Below, one piece after another: positions 1 to 12,265 of a stretch of 64,000 bases of DNA. How positions within the stretch are numbered: the first letter of the stretch is position 1; every line of letters begins with the position of its first letter. The stretch spans positions 45,632,001 to 45,696,000 of the forward strand of contig OX597820.1 of the NCBI GenBank assembly GCA_951406725.2. Reading direction: 5' to 3'. The translations under genes were made by a program, and so were the position numbers. The DNA is from Octopus vulgaris (Eukaryota). Under the pieces are notes generated by a model. That model was given only the letters and a program-made list of their open reading frames with translations, was not told where the DNA came from and made no database searches.

Positions 1-290
1 AGCCGAGTATATTAGTTATGTAATACCGAAACACTAGAGTGTCACCCCACCATATGATGAGTAACTGTGGAAGGATACTTTAACCACCAAATGTAATGTC
101 AAGAAATATGGCATACACGCAATAATTATAATTTGATTTCCATGAAATTTCTTGGTGCTTGTACAAAATCATGAAATGAATACTAATTTCTAAAAGAAAA
201 ATATTACCTTAAGATCAATATGTGTGAGTGTGTGCATGTAAGTACATATGTGTATGCATATAAGTATATACATGTGTATGTATGTAAATA

Positions 291-673
291 TCTCTCTCTA
301 TATAAACGGCAGTTTGTCTGTGCGTTTTCTGTGTGTCTGTTTTCTCGTACCCTCACTCTGACCACGGCTTTCAACCGATTCTGATGAAACTTGACACACA
401 CATAGCCCAATGTCATAATTCAAAACTAACGCAGCGAAAATTTTGAAAAGTTCCCCCAGTTCTGAAAAAAATCGATAAATTCGACATGGGGTCGAGAATC
501 AGAAACCCAAACCACAGACCGTCTAGGGGACGCAACTCCACCTTTTTTAACTCTCAAAAAACATTTACCATCATTTTTTTCCATTTTTTTCCTATTTTTT
601 GGCTATAACTCTCTAAAAATGCTTTATAGTTATTTCCCTTACAAACCTGAGCAACGCCGGGTGATACTGCTAG
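291..673 (+). mobile_element. Non-autonomous Helitron
   Basis: Starts A|TC(TCTCTCTATATAAACGGC), ends with hairpin CCTGAGCAACGCCGGG (646-661) then CTAG|T (670-674); no TSD; near-identical inverted copy at 53256-53640. Confidence 0.85.
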
Positions 674-711
674 TATATATATATATGTATGTATGTATGT
701 ATGTGTGTGTG

Positions 712-757
<46 letters not shown>

Positions 758-1353
758 TCTGAGTATGCATCTGTTTCTTCCCTACTGTTTCTATCCTCTA
801 CTTATCACCTTCCCCTTCACTTTCTCTCATCTACATATCACTTTTTGCCCTTACTTCCACCCTCCTCTCATCCTATTACCCCCTCTACTTTGTTTCATAA
901 TGTTTATTTCTACTACATTTTTTATGCTTTATTACACTGTTCTGAGCTGTTATGCCTATCCACTCCTCTCACTTTCTCTCTAAATAATCAGCTATTTACC
1001 CCTTTTCTCCTGTGTATGCAAGTGTAGCATTCTTACTTATTACCTGTCATCAAGCCTTCTACTTCACCCCTTGTATTAATTCTCTGTATTCCACTTTTAC
1101 TTATACTCTCTCTCTCTTCAACATAACATTTGATTGAAGAAATCAACCAACCAGCCTTTAAATCAGCTCCTATTATATAGAGATAAAGCACAAGAATGAG
1201 TGTGTGGTTATGAAGTTCAGTGTGGAATCTCGTGGCTTGGAGTTTGCTACCACAGCAGGGATGCTGTCAGCTCAACTCAAGTCAGTGATGCTGACTGTTT
1301 TTTTAGCTTAAGCTACAGCTTTGAATCTGCCCAGGATTATCTCTCTTCAGTAT

Positions 1354-1398
1354 TTCCCATTGAGGAAAACTAAAGAGCCAGGAACACATGTTTGGGAA
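1354..1398 (+). ncRNA. Type I hammerhead ribozyme relic (copy 1, core mutated)
   Basis: TTCCCA-TTGAGGA-AAAC TAAAGA GCC-A-GGAA-CACATG-TT-TGGGAA; stem I TTCCCA/TGGGAA intact, catalytic core damaged. Confidence 0.6.
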
Positions 1399-1677
1399 TC
1401 AACTAGAGGGAAGCACTGGGCAGATATGTTGTTTTTTTTCACCTTTAAGCTTAAGAGAGAATTTTCTCTCCATGGTAAATTTGCCTTTAGAAGTTAAAAA
1501 ATATATCACAAACATAATTTTTACTAAGCTAAAGTTTGTTTATTTTTAATCACAGTTTGGTGCTGATGCTGCTATTTTTATCCTGACCAGGCAGCCCACT
1601 AGCACAACACTGATGTTGCCTGTCTTTTAGTTAAAGCTACAGGTTAGAATCTGCCTGGGATTATCTCTCTTCAGTAC

Positions 1678-1722
1678 TTCCCACTGAGGAAGGCTAAAGA
1701 GCCAGAAATGCACATCTGGGAA
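1678..1722 (+). ncRNA. Type I hammerhead ribozyme relic (copy 2)
   Basis: Stem I TTCCCA/TGGGAA, CUGAGGA core (1684-1690), stem II GGCT/AGCC, GAAA (1705-1708), stem III ATGCACAT (CpG-decayed ACGCGCGT palindrome), NUH triplet AUC (1714-1716). Confidence 0.75.
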
Positions 1723-2789
1723 TCCACTAGACGGAAGCACTGGACAGATACGGTGTTTTAACACTTTTTACCAAAAGAGAGAAATTTTTCTCCATGATAA
1801 CTGCAATGAATTTGCATTTAGGAGTTAAAATGTCACAAACATATTTCAACTAACCTAAAGTTTGTGTGTGTGTCTGTGTGTGTGCATAGATGCGCACACA
1901 TGCATGCATGCATGACTGAGTATGTTTTCCTCTTGCTTGACCCAACCAAGCATGGAAAAGACATTAAATCAAAGATGTTGGTGATTCCATGAGGATGGTA
2001 GGGCAGGAAGAGGAAGAAAATATAGAAAAACGGGAAGAAAGAAATACAAACATTTTAGCTGGTATCCAAACATCTTGTATTATATTTTCCAATTCATACC
2101 AGTACAGACCAATGTTTCCTCCAATTTTTAGTAGTCAGTGAGAACAAAAATCTTGTTGTGCAAAATCTTTTTTCCTGCGATAAAAGTATATGTGCAGTGA
2201 ATGTATAATATAATTATTAACTATAGCATTATTTTATGTAACTAACCTTTTGTGGATACAAAATCTCCTCAAAGATGGTATCGTTTCTAAAATGGTAACT
2301 ATTTGTTTATGTAGCACACATTAATTTCTTTCGTGTGATGGTAGCAAATGTGTATCTGTACACACACATTTACAGACACAGAGTACAGATCATCACTTTG
2401 GGGGACAATCTTTTTGTCAATATATTGCAGGTACTTATTTGGTCAATATTAGTGAAGATGAAATTGAAAGTGAAACCTATTAAGATTTGAGATCACCTCA
2501 CAGACATTTAAAAAGTATGTAATGTAATGCCTTGAGGACAATGCTTTGCCAAGACTCTTTGAATACAAAACAATGCTATTTCTGTTTTGTTTCTTTTTTT
2601 ATCTTGATGAGTGTAAATATACAAGAATTCTACACTGTAAGCCAGAAATGGGGGGAACCCTTCTCCCACGTTTTAATATCATATTGCTTGCTGAAGTTCC
2701 TAAAAACCATATGGAAAATACATGCTTTAAGCCTTAAGACCAACCAAAATACTAAATGATTCACTGTTTTTATCAGCACAAATGTCATC

Positions 2790-3100
2790 ATAATCATCAT
2801 CCTCCTTTAATGTCCATTTTCCATGCTGGCATGCATTGGATAGTTTGACAAGAGCTGGCAAGCTGGTGAGCTGCACATAATTCCAGTCTGATTTAGTCTT
2901 GTTTCTACAGCTGGATGCCCTTCTAATGCCAACCACTTTACAGTGTATGCTGGGTGCTTTCAACACGACATCAGCAAAAGTACCTTTTATGTGACACCAG
3001 CACAAGAATCTTGCAGGCCAATCCTCTTCACAAGGAGGAGTAGCCATAACATATTTGTTGCGGAGGTCAGGTCTTCTTGAGTACAAGGTGCAAGGTATCT
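2790..3100 (-). mobile_element. Old RTE LINE 3' tail copy
   Basis: Contains the motifs TTTAATGTCCATTTTCCATGCTGGCATG and TTTCTACAGCTGGATGCCCTTC shared with the RTE 3'UTR at 54194-54573. Confidence 0.7.
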
Positions 3101-3154
3101 CAGACCTTACAAATTCTTAGGCACTGACCTTTGCTTCTGGTACTAAAATGGTTG

Positions 3155-3312
3155 CCCACTCCAGCTCTACACAGTTGAACTACTAGAAATAGCAGCCACA
3201 TTTCTCTGGAATCACACCCTACCATAAGGGAAGAACACACCGGAAAATGTTGTCATAGTTATACAGAATAGCAGTGCACCTGCTGCGAGATGACTTGGAA
3301 CTATATAGCAAC
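3155..3312 (+). mobile_element. ~180-bp interspersed repeat 'family X' (putative HDV-like-ribozyme-headed retroposon), diverged copy
   Basis: CTACTAGAAATAGCAGCCACATTTCTCTGGAATCACACCCTACC matches other copies (8682, 18650, 19762, 26066, 32200, 56075, 62790). Confidence 0.65.
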
Positions 3313-4611
3313 ATAAAACAGAAACATGTAAATATTCTACAAGTAAGTCGGTACTTCAAACGACATTGCCTAGAAGTACCATTATTCTACTTATTCAAAT
3401 ATCCAATAAAGGCATAATCTTTTTGAAATTTTTACATCTGACAAATTCATTCTTTCAAGTTTTATTTTATCATCATCATCATACTGCTCTTTCAATAATA
3501 ATAATAATAATTATTATTATTATTTCTGACATAAACACAACGCAACATATTTTGGGGAGAGTTGATTCTATTAACTCCAATATATGATTGCAAATTCAGA
3601 AGAATGAAAGGCAAATATCAACTCTGGAGGGGTTTCAACATGTAAGAGAATGTGGCAAAACATTTCAATTAAGCACTATCATTTCTGTCACTTTGTAATA
3701 ATAAAAATAAAATAATTAAGTCATGACTTTGATAGGATCCGAATAAAGACAGGAAAAACACAGATGATCTTAGACAGTAGCTGGGTATTAGGTATTAAAG
3801 ACACCAACTGAAATCACCATCATTTAATGGATTGGACAGTTTGATATAATCCAACAAGACATGGGATTGCACTGAGTTCCAGTGTCAGCTTTAGCCATGG
3901 GTTCCACAGTTGAATGCCCAGCTGAATGCCTTGCCCAATGCCAACTACATTACAGTGTGTACAAGGTGCTTTTTATGTGCCACAAGCACTAGTGAAATTG
4001 TTGAGTAACTTGCAAAACGGAAAATGAATGGGGGGGGGCCTACAACTAAGCAGAGGAGTGGTATTTGAGAGCAAAAGATGATTTTGTGCCAGGTGTTGAA
4101 AGGCTAAAGTATGATAGGCGGACAAGAACAGGTGTCTTGCTACTAAAGAGATACATGGCTACCCCACTTGTATATGAGTGTGTGGGAGTAGTTTGGTAAG
4201 ATATAAAAGAAGGTAGTAACAGAGTGCCAGAGCAAACTTTCAAAGTACAAGAAGAGGAGCATAAGACAGGATATGGACAGTGGTTCATGGGAGGGAAGGA
4301 AAGAGTGGACTTTCATATGAGTGTGGGGTGAGAGTAACAGATGGTTGGAGATGAGAGTAGAGGTAGATGTAGTGAGTAATGAACAGGGGTGGTGGTACAG
4401 TTGGATGGAAATATCAGAGTGGGAAGCCGTAAGGTGGGGAGATAGAAGTAGGTCAAGAAGAGAAATGATTACATTGTTATAAACACATGATGAATTTACA
4501 GAGTGAGAAAGTACCTTCAGCTGATGGTGGAAAGTACTTATTGATTGAAGGCATGAGGTCAGCTCTCAGAACATTGGAAAATGATGTAAAGATACAATGT
4601 CAAAATAAATG

Positions 4612-4828
4612 TTATATATGTGTGTGTGTGTATATACTTGTGTGTCTGTTTGTTACCCCAACATCACTTGGTGTGTTTACGTCCCCGTAACTTAGCGGTT
4701 CGGCAAAAGAGACCGATAGAATAAGTACTAGGCTTACAAAGAATAAGTCCTGGGGTCGATTTGCTCGACTAAAGGTGGTGCTCCAGCATGGCCACAGTTA
4801 AATGACTGAAACGAGTAAAAGAGTAAAG
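4612..4828 (+). mobile_element. 3' half of tRNA/CORE-type SINE
   Basis: Near-identical to 7990-8192 (TTTACGTCCCCGTAACTTAGCGGTTC...GACTAAAGG...GTAAAAGAG). Confidence 0.85.
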
Positions 4829-6503
4829 TATATAGTGCTTGAAAAGAAATTCTATGATACACCATCATAATCTACATTAACATTTCTCTTATCATATTTT
4901 ACTAATTCCTTCTTATGTTGTATGAGTGTGTGTGTGTGTAGCCTTTCTCATTATTTTTCTACTATTCTGTCTAGACTCTTATGCATGTTGTAAAGCTTCA
5001 TAGAGTATGAAATCATTAATCTCAGGTAGTCACCCTAAACAGGTCAACATCAACAGCGCAGTCATTAAAAAAAAAAACCCCAGAAAATGAGTGTACACTC
5101 ACATACGTAACTCAAGTTATGTCCTACAAACTTATTACTTTCTACTTTTTATGTTAAAGTGATTAGAACACCTGGCCATGACATTTCATTTCTGTAGTTT
5201 TTAAAGGCCCAGGTGTTTGTTTTCGCTGGCACACAAAATGATGTCATACTTATAATACAATCAGGGCACTCTCTAATGCCAGTGCTTTGTGTAGGTGGGA
5301 TAGGTGTCAGCAGTGGAAAATAAACATCAAAACAAAACGTAGTTAATTATTGAATATCATGAGTAAATATAAGCTTATAATACCTGTGTCTGAAGTGAAA
5401 ATTTTAAAATCACAGTTATCATTGTAAACATTCTACTTTAAGCAATTCACACCTCATGAGTTGTTTTAAGTGTTTGTTCTTTTATTGTTACAGTAAAATC
5501 CTAAAATTCTACACTCGTTACTTTACATCAATTTTTCTATGCTGGTATGGATTAGCTAAGCCTCAACACCTTACCGCTTGTTGCTTAATCATTATACAAA
5601 TTTTTACTGCTTTAGGTTACATGATCCAAGTATTAAATTAAGTGTTTGATAACAATAACCAACTGATATAACCTAGAAAATTAGTGGAAAATTACTCCAT
5701 ATTTTCAAAGTTTACTGACAGAAATTATAACTTTTGTGCTTATCAACACTAAGTGCTTGGGCTCATAGTCGACCACAGCAGAACTAGTACTCGCTCCTTA
5801 AATTAACCAATATGTTGATAATGAGAAAGAAAAATAGCTACATGTCAGTCCTTGTCTTTCCAATGGACTTCATATGAACTGAACGAGAGATTCCTAGATT
5901 AACCATGGAAAAGTTTCAAGTAGAGAGAGATTAGGGTAGACTTTTTTTCCCCAGCTGTTCCCCATGCAAATTTAATGAGCTATTGACTCTTCCATCTCAC
6001 TGTAGCACACTATGCAGATAATATGTAGTCCATGGAGCAATTAGATACCTTGTTGACCAGATAGTATTTATTAATCTATAAAATGCCTAATGATTTTATA
6101 TTACAAGATGGCAGAATTTGACAGTAGGTTCCACAAAACAAGACTAGGTAGATCCAGTAGAAATAAATAACTACTGCTATGAAAATGTAATGAAAGGTAA
6201 TAAAATGACAACAGCGGAAAACTGTCCTGTTTTTCATATGTAATCAACAATACTGCCCAGGTCCTCATAGGTCTAGAGGCCTAATGCTAATCTACGTATG
6301 CTGTAGTTGTGCATGTAACGACATTAATGCATTGCTTTGCTAGGGAAAGGGGCAAGGCTATATTGCCGTCACAAAAGCTCTGTAAGTAATACCAAATAAT
6401 CAGTAGCAAGGATCACTACAGCACTAATCTCCTGCATAGACTGTACTACTGGAAATATGTAAAACATGTAAAGAATGAATGAAAATTAATTTCAAGTTGT
6501 CTT

Positions 6504-6712
6504 AAGGTGATGAGCTGGGAGAATCATTAGCATGCTGGGGAAAATGCTTAGTGGCATTTCATCCATCTTTACACTCCTAGTTCAAGTTCAGCCAGATTCG
6601 ATTTTACCATTCAGCCTTTCGGGGTTGATAAAATAAGTTCTGGTTGAACACTAGGGTCAATTTAATTTACTTAGCCCCTTCACTCCCAAAAAATGCTGGC
6701 CTTTTATTAACC
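6504..6712 (+). mobile_element. tRNA-derived SINE with Meta-domain-like core
   Basis: B-box-like GTTCAAGTTC then TTCAGCCTTTCGGGGTTGATAAAATAAGT, resembling the MetaSINE domain; homologous to 33481-33688. Confidence 0.7.
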
Positions 6713-7036
6713 AATATCAAGGTATCTTTCAAGTCCTTTGTTAACCATAGCAAACCATAAGACAGTCATAATCATCATTGTTTAACATCCTCCTCCCACA
6801 CTGGCATGGATGAGACAGTTTGACAGGAACTAACCAGACAGCCTGTGCCATGCTTCTGTGTCTGTTTTGGCATAGTTTTTATAGCTGGATGTCCTTCCAT
6901 ACACCAACACCATAGAGTGGACTGAGTGCTTTTCATGTAGCAGCAGTACAAGCAAGGTCAGTTTTAGCATGGTTTTTACAGCTGGTTCCCCTTCCAAGCA
7001 CCAATAATTTTACAGTGTTAACTGGATGCTTTTTAT

Positions 7037-7651
7037 AATAATAATAATAATAATAATAATAAACATTGTGTACAGTGCTCAGGTGCACTACAACTCATCT
7101 AAAGTGCATATATAATCAGGTGTAGTTTCGACGGATTTCGGAAAGCATGAGGGCCTTAAAGGATGCAGTGTCATGGCAGTCAACAACTGACGCAGGCAGT
7201 TTATTCCATGCTTCAGCAACTCTGAGCGTGAAGAAATGTTTCCGAAAGTCATGGGAGCTGTGTTGTTTTCTGACTTTGTAGGCATGTCCACGTGTGTTAG
7301 ACACATGGAGATCAAAAAGGTGTTCAGTGTTGTTATTGGTGAGGTTGTTGACAACTTTGTGGGCGTTTACCAAGTCTGTCGCCAGACGCCGAAGCTTCAG
7401 TGAATCCATGCCCAGGGAAACAAGGCGCTCAGAATATGGTAGGTGTCTGATGGAGGGTATGCGTTTCGTTGCACGTCTCTGAACAGATTCCAGGAGGTCA
7501 ATGTTCTGAGCAAGATAGGGGTTCCAAACTGATGATGCGAATTCCAAGTGTGGTCGTACCATAGCTGTATACAGTTTTAAATAGATGGCTGGAGAGCGGC
7601 TAACAAAAGTCTTGCTGAGTGATGCCAAGACACCCTCGACCTTCTTGACAA
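7037..7651 (-). mobile_element. 5'-truncated CR1-clade LINE, recent
   Basis: Uninterrupted ORF2 C-terminus, short 3'UTR, (TTA)n tail at 7037-7062, flanked by TTTTTAT duplication (7030-7036 / 7652-7658). Confidence 0.92.
7116..7651 (-). pseudogene. CR1 ORF2 C-terminal fragment
   Basis: LYTAMVRPHLEFASSVWNPY...LESVQRRATK...YSERL...LRRL...TRGH...FFTLRVAEAWNKLP, the canonical CR1 ORF2 C-terminal motifs; stop at 7116-7118. Confidence 0.9.
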
Positions 7652-7818
7652 TTTTTATGTGGCATCAGCACTGAAAGAATCACCAAGTAACTGGCAAGAC
7701 AAAGTGGGTATACTTTTTTAGACTAGTAACTCATATTTAGATAAGAAAGTCAGATAAAGAAATCCTTTGCTAATATTTGAAGGATATTTTTCTTTCTCCC
7801 ATAAGAGAAATTATCAAA

Positions 7819-8192
7819 GACGTAGGAGTGGCTGTGTGGTAAGTAGCTTGCTTCCCAACCACATGGTTCCTGGTTCAGTCTTGGGCAAGTGTCTTCTACA
7901 TTAGCCTTGTGCCGACCAAAGCCTTGTGAGTGGATTTGGTAGACGGAAACTGAAAGAAGCTTGTTGTATATATGTATATATATGTGTGTGTATGTGTGTG
8001 TGTTTGTCCCCACAACATCGCTTGACAACCAATGCTGGTGTTTACGTCCCCGTAACTTAGCGGTTCAGCAAAAGAGACCGATAGAATAAGTACTAGGCTT
8101 ACAAAGAATAAGTCCTGGGGTTGATTTGCTCGACTAAAGGCAGTGCTCCAGCATGGCCACAGTCAAATGACTGGAACAAGTAAAAGAGTAAA
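7819..8192 (+). mobile_element. Near full-length tRNA/CORE-type SINE
   Basis: A-box-like TGGCTGTGTGGT, B-box-like GGTTCAGTC, CORE-like CTTGGGCAAGTGTCTTCT, internal (TA)n(TG)n, 3' GTAAAAGAG tail. Confidence 0.85.
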
Positions 8193-8264
8193 GGAGCTGG
8201 AACTATCAACCTGGTGCAGACTTAGAAGTCACTAAAATGAAAAGACAGACCTCACCGATAAAGT

Positions 8265-8510
8265 GGAAGCATATTGCTTAGTGGTTGGAGTGTTGGACTT
8301 AAGATAATAAGATTGTGGTTTCAATTCTGGACTAGGCAATGCATAGTGCCCTTGAGCAAAACACTTCATTTCATGTTGCTTCAGTCCACTCAGCTGGCAA
8401 AAATGAGTAATCATGCAATGGACCGACATCCCTTCTAGTGAAGAAATATATATGCCACAGAAACCAGGGAAACTGATCCAATGAGTCTATATGGCTTGGA
8501 AAAGAGCAGT
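8265..8510 (+). mobile_element. Second tRNA/CORE-type SINE family
   Basis: TTGCTTAGTGGTTGGAG A-box, GGTTTCAATTC B-box, CCTTGAGCAAAACACTTCATTTCA core; homolog at 28975-29250. Confidence 0.7.
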
Positions 8511-8681
8511 TCTTCTTATTTTTTATTTTTATTTATTTTTTTTTGCATTGGTAAAGTTTATGCAGCAAGTACCTGCAAATTTCCACAATAAAAAGGAATT
8601 CATCACTACCGCCACTCCATTTTCTCATGCACATGCTGCATTTCACCTTTTGGCAAACAATAGGGCTTGATTCAGGGAAAT

Positions 8682-8747
8682 GGGGAGAGATTTAGCTGCT
8701 ATATCTAGCAAGTCGAGTGTCTATATAGAGGATCCCTCTTTGACACC
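8682..8747 (-). mobile_element. Family X 5' end (HDV-like ribozyme relic)
   Basis: Minus strand reads GGTG TCAAA GAGGGA TCC TCTATAT AGA CACTC GA CTTGCTA GATA TAGCAG CTAAAT CTCTCC. Confidence 0.6.
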
Positions 8748-9719
8748 ACACACACACAAAAAAAAAAAGACTAATCAAAACTGTTTGTGACGCAGAGGCT
8801 AACATATTTAGGACAGTTTCACAAGCCAACAAAACAGGGCAGCACATCATCTAAAGCAGTCAGTCAGCTGTTGAAGCCACAATTAGAACCTCCTTCCTCT
8901 GTTCCAAAATCCAGTACTTCATTGACTTCGTAAGGTCAGCATCATTATTATATATCTAGAGAGAGGATGTGGATGTTTTATTGACTACGGATAAAAATAA
9001 TAATAATAATAATTAAATTAAAAAAGAGGCCAAAAGTTATGGGGGGGGGGAGTTAGCATCACATGAACTGGAAAAAAAAAAAAAACAACAAAACTAGGTT
9101 AAAATAGCAAAATGCATGTTCCATGCCGGGAATGTGGGGTGGAGGGGATATCAGTGGCATTAGAGGAAAGTGGAAGGTAACAGGTGCTACTGTATTTTAG
9201 ATCTTGCCAAAACAATCCCAGAAACTGGTTCTCACATGTTATTAGTGTCTTTGGGAAAGACATGACTATCACACACCTCCATTTTCCTGCCTCTTCTACA
9301 AGGGATAATCACACATTAATAATCTAATTGGTCCCAAACACAGTATACCAGCATAGATAATATGCTCAGGAAACAGCAGCAGGCACGCTACTACAATTAA
9401 ATTCACTTTTTCTGCCTATGTTATTGACCACAGCGGGATAGTCATAGCTGGAACACCTCTGGTGTTGGGTCTGCTCAATCAGAGTTGATTTGGAGCTAAA
9501 TAACAACATTATTAACCTACACTGAGGGATGAGTGGCAAAAACTGAACTCAGACAGTAGAGGAATGTTAATTAAAATTCAGGTATTTAATTCAATGAGGG
9601 GACAAAAGAGCTAAGTGGACAGCATACTGGCCAACCCTGATGAATGATGAATAGTTTGGAGCTGGCTCCCAGCAATGTGCTGTCTTCACAGATAAGACAC
9701 CTGGCTCTCCCAACTCACC

Positions 9720-10076
9720 CAGTTCATCATTTACAACCTTTTTTTTTTAATCTATGGACACCTTTGATTATCATTTTATTCTGGTGGATCCCATTTGCAT
9801 TCAATGTTTAAAAACTAGTTTTATAGAAACTTCTTTCAAAATTCCTATTTTGTTTTTTACACATTAACTTCTGTAGGTTGAACTTATGTAAAATGTTAGG
9901 AAAAGAAACCTACCTGTTTCTTACAGAACATACCAATACATACATCTAAAGTGAAATGTTTCCAGGGGTCCTTAAAATACTATTGTGGGTTTCCAGTTTA
10001 CTATTTTGTTGCATGGGCCCCCCAAAATCTTATATGGACCCTCAGGCGTCATATGGACCCTAGTTGAGAACCACTG
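9720..10076. mobile_element. hAT-type MITE
   Basis: Right TIR GTTGAGAACCACTG, ATGGACCC subterminal repeats, homology to 32889-33126; left TIR degenerate. Confidence 0.7.
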
Positions 10077-11913
10077 GTCTAGCTGTAAAAAGTTATGACA
10101 AGATATGAGCCTCTATAATAATACAGTAAAATTGATGAGTGAATTGTTAGCTTACAGCACTGAGTTGAAAAGTGTTGGCTGTCCTGAAGTCAAAATTAGT
10201 TACCCATTGTTAAAGTATCTTTGCTCACAAGAATTCTAGTAATTCATTCAATCATCAGATAATTCAACTAAGAAGGAAATAAAGACATATGTAATTCTTT
10301 AAACAGGCTGTAATTCACAAATGATAAGAATACTAACTTGCTTCGTTTGCCAGATCCCACTTACATGGAAACAAAGACACAAAATATATATGGTGCCATA
10401 TATTAAAATAAGATAAAGTAAGATATTAAGATAAAAAAAAAAGGAGGCAAACAAAAATACTATCTGCAATAAATTAAAATTTGACAATACTTCTAGAATA
10501 TCAAGGATAATTACTAGTATGCAAAAGCATACTGTTCAAAAACAGTTTGCTGTTACAAAAAAAACTTCAGGCCTCACAGACACTGTCATCAAAATTCTGA
10601 TACAATATCATCCTAAGAAAACTAATTTTCTAGTCATTCAGTCTAGACTAACTCCTGGAACACTACTAAAACCACTAACCTAAAAGCATTATTTCTCCTA
10701 CCAAGCCCAGACAAACATAAAAAATAGATACACACTAAAAACTGCTTCAAGATCAATCAAATCAATGATAATATGACATCCCAAACATCATGCTGGGATT
10801 CATACCATCAATCATAAGTGCAGAGGAACAATGACTGTTGCACTTGGAGTCCACCTTGCTCGCCTCTGTTATGTCCAACATCAGAACCTATAAACATACA
10901 AGAACAGTCTAGGAAGTAAAGAAAAAGCAATATGCTCAGATTGGTATTCTGTATGCCATATGATAAACCACAACAGGACAGAGTACACAGAATGGTCCTG
11001 CACTAGGCAGAAGCATACTAAAGAGCAAATATGAATCACACCTAATTCAACTGAACTAGCTACATGTCTGGTTACTACAAGTCAAATACTACTCTCTGCA
11101 CACACTGTAATAAATCATTTACAATCTTTATAAATTAAAGAAAACACGAAGATGGGTCAACTTAAACATGTGAAATGCAGCAGGATTTGGAAATATGACA
11201 ACGTATGAATGTTTACACTGTATTTTATGTTGACTTGTACGTTAGAAAATATGATGGATGTGTGCAGGAAACATTTGGTGTAAAATATATTAAATTCATA
11301 GAACACCAAATGACTACTTCCATTGAAACACTTAATTATCTGTATATATTTTCAAGTGAAACAATGTCAAGCTCATATGAAGTGCTTACAATGTCATTGT
11401 ACATGTGACGGCTTGGATAGTGAAATGTATTTATGTCAACCTGCTACCAGTAGTATTCATCATCGTTTAGCGTCTGCTTTCCATGCTAGCATGGGTTGGA
11501 CGGTATTATTGTAGATAAACCCACTGAGGATGGAAATGATATAATAAACAAACTCAAAAATTGTAAAAAGTGGAAGAGTTATGTGACTTGCTTATGGGCA
11601 CAAGTACTACATTGAGGTTTGATTTCCTAACTCTGGGGCTCATTAGTACAGCACCATAACCTTCAGATCATATTCACTATACTGACCACATGGTCACAAG
11701 TTCAAATATTACTATTGAGTTTTAACTAAATAAAAACTAGTTCATGGTTGAGTGGCCAGCAGTATGAAGTGGTTTGGGATGTAAAAACAATCGTTCAGAG
11801 TTGGACAAAACACAAGTAAGGATGTAAAATAAGTTCTAAAAGATTCTCTAAATACCGTTTCCGTAGAGGAAAGTGAAAGCCAATATCAATTAGTTTATTC
11901 CTTTATTATATAT

Positions 11914-12265
11914 GTGCAGGTATAACTGTGTGGTTAAGAAGTTTGCTTCCCAACAACTTGGTTTTGGATTCAACTCCACCACATGGCTTTTTGGACAAGT
12001 GACTTCTAAAGCTCCAGGCCGATCAAAGCCTTGTGAGTGAATTTAATAGAAACTGAAAGAAGAGAGAGAGAGAAAGAGTGTGTGTGCGCATGCGCGCACG
12101 TGTGTGCATGCGCACTTCCTTGTCTTCCTATGTTTGGTCATAGGAAAATGTTACCTTGCTTGGAAACAGGTAAGGGTTGCAAGAGAAGCGCATCCAACCA
12201 ATGAACGATTTACCTCAATGAATTCTGTCTGGCCCATGCAAGAATGGAAAGGTTGGCATTAAGAT
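11914..12265 (+). mobile_element. SINE with tRNA/CORE head and RTE-like 3' tail
   Basis: Head as in 7819 copy; 3' part TTACCTTGCTTGGAAACAGGTAAGGGTTG...GCATCCA...CCCATGCAAG.ATGGAAA. Confidence 0.7.

Larger units (their letters stand above)
1285..1865 (+). repeat. Direct tandem duplication (period 324 bp), each unit carrying a hammerhead motif; Penelope pLTR / retrozyme-like
   Basis: ~1285-1540 aligns with ~1610-1865, e.g. GAATCTGCC..GGATTATCTCTCTTCAGTA, CTAAAGAGCCA, GGAAGCACTGG, AGAGAGAA..TTCTCCATG, TCACAAACATA, CTAAAGTTTG. Confidence 0.85.

Noticed and set aside
10762-10887. Possible minus-strand terminal exon after a TTTATAG acceptor
   Set aside because: Short frames with no recognisable protein; surroundings look like a decayed LINE relic.
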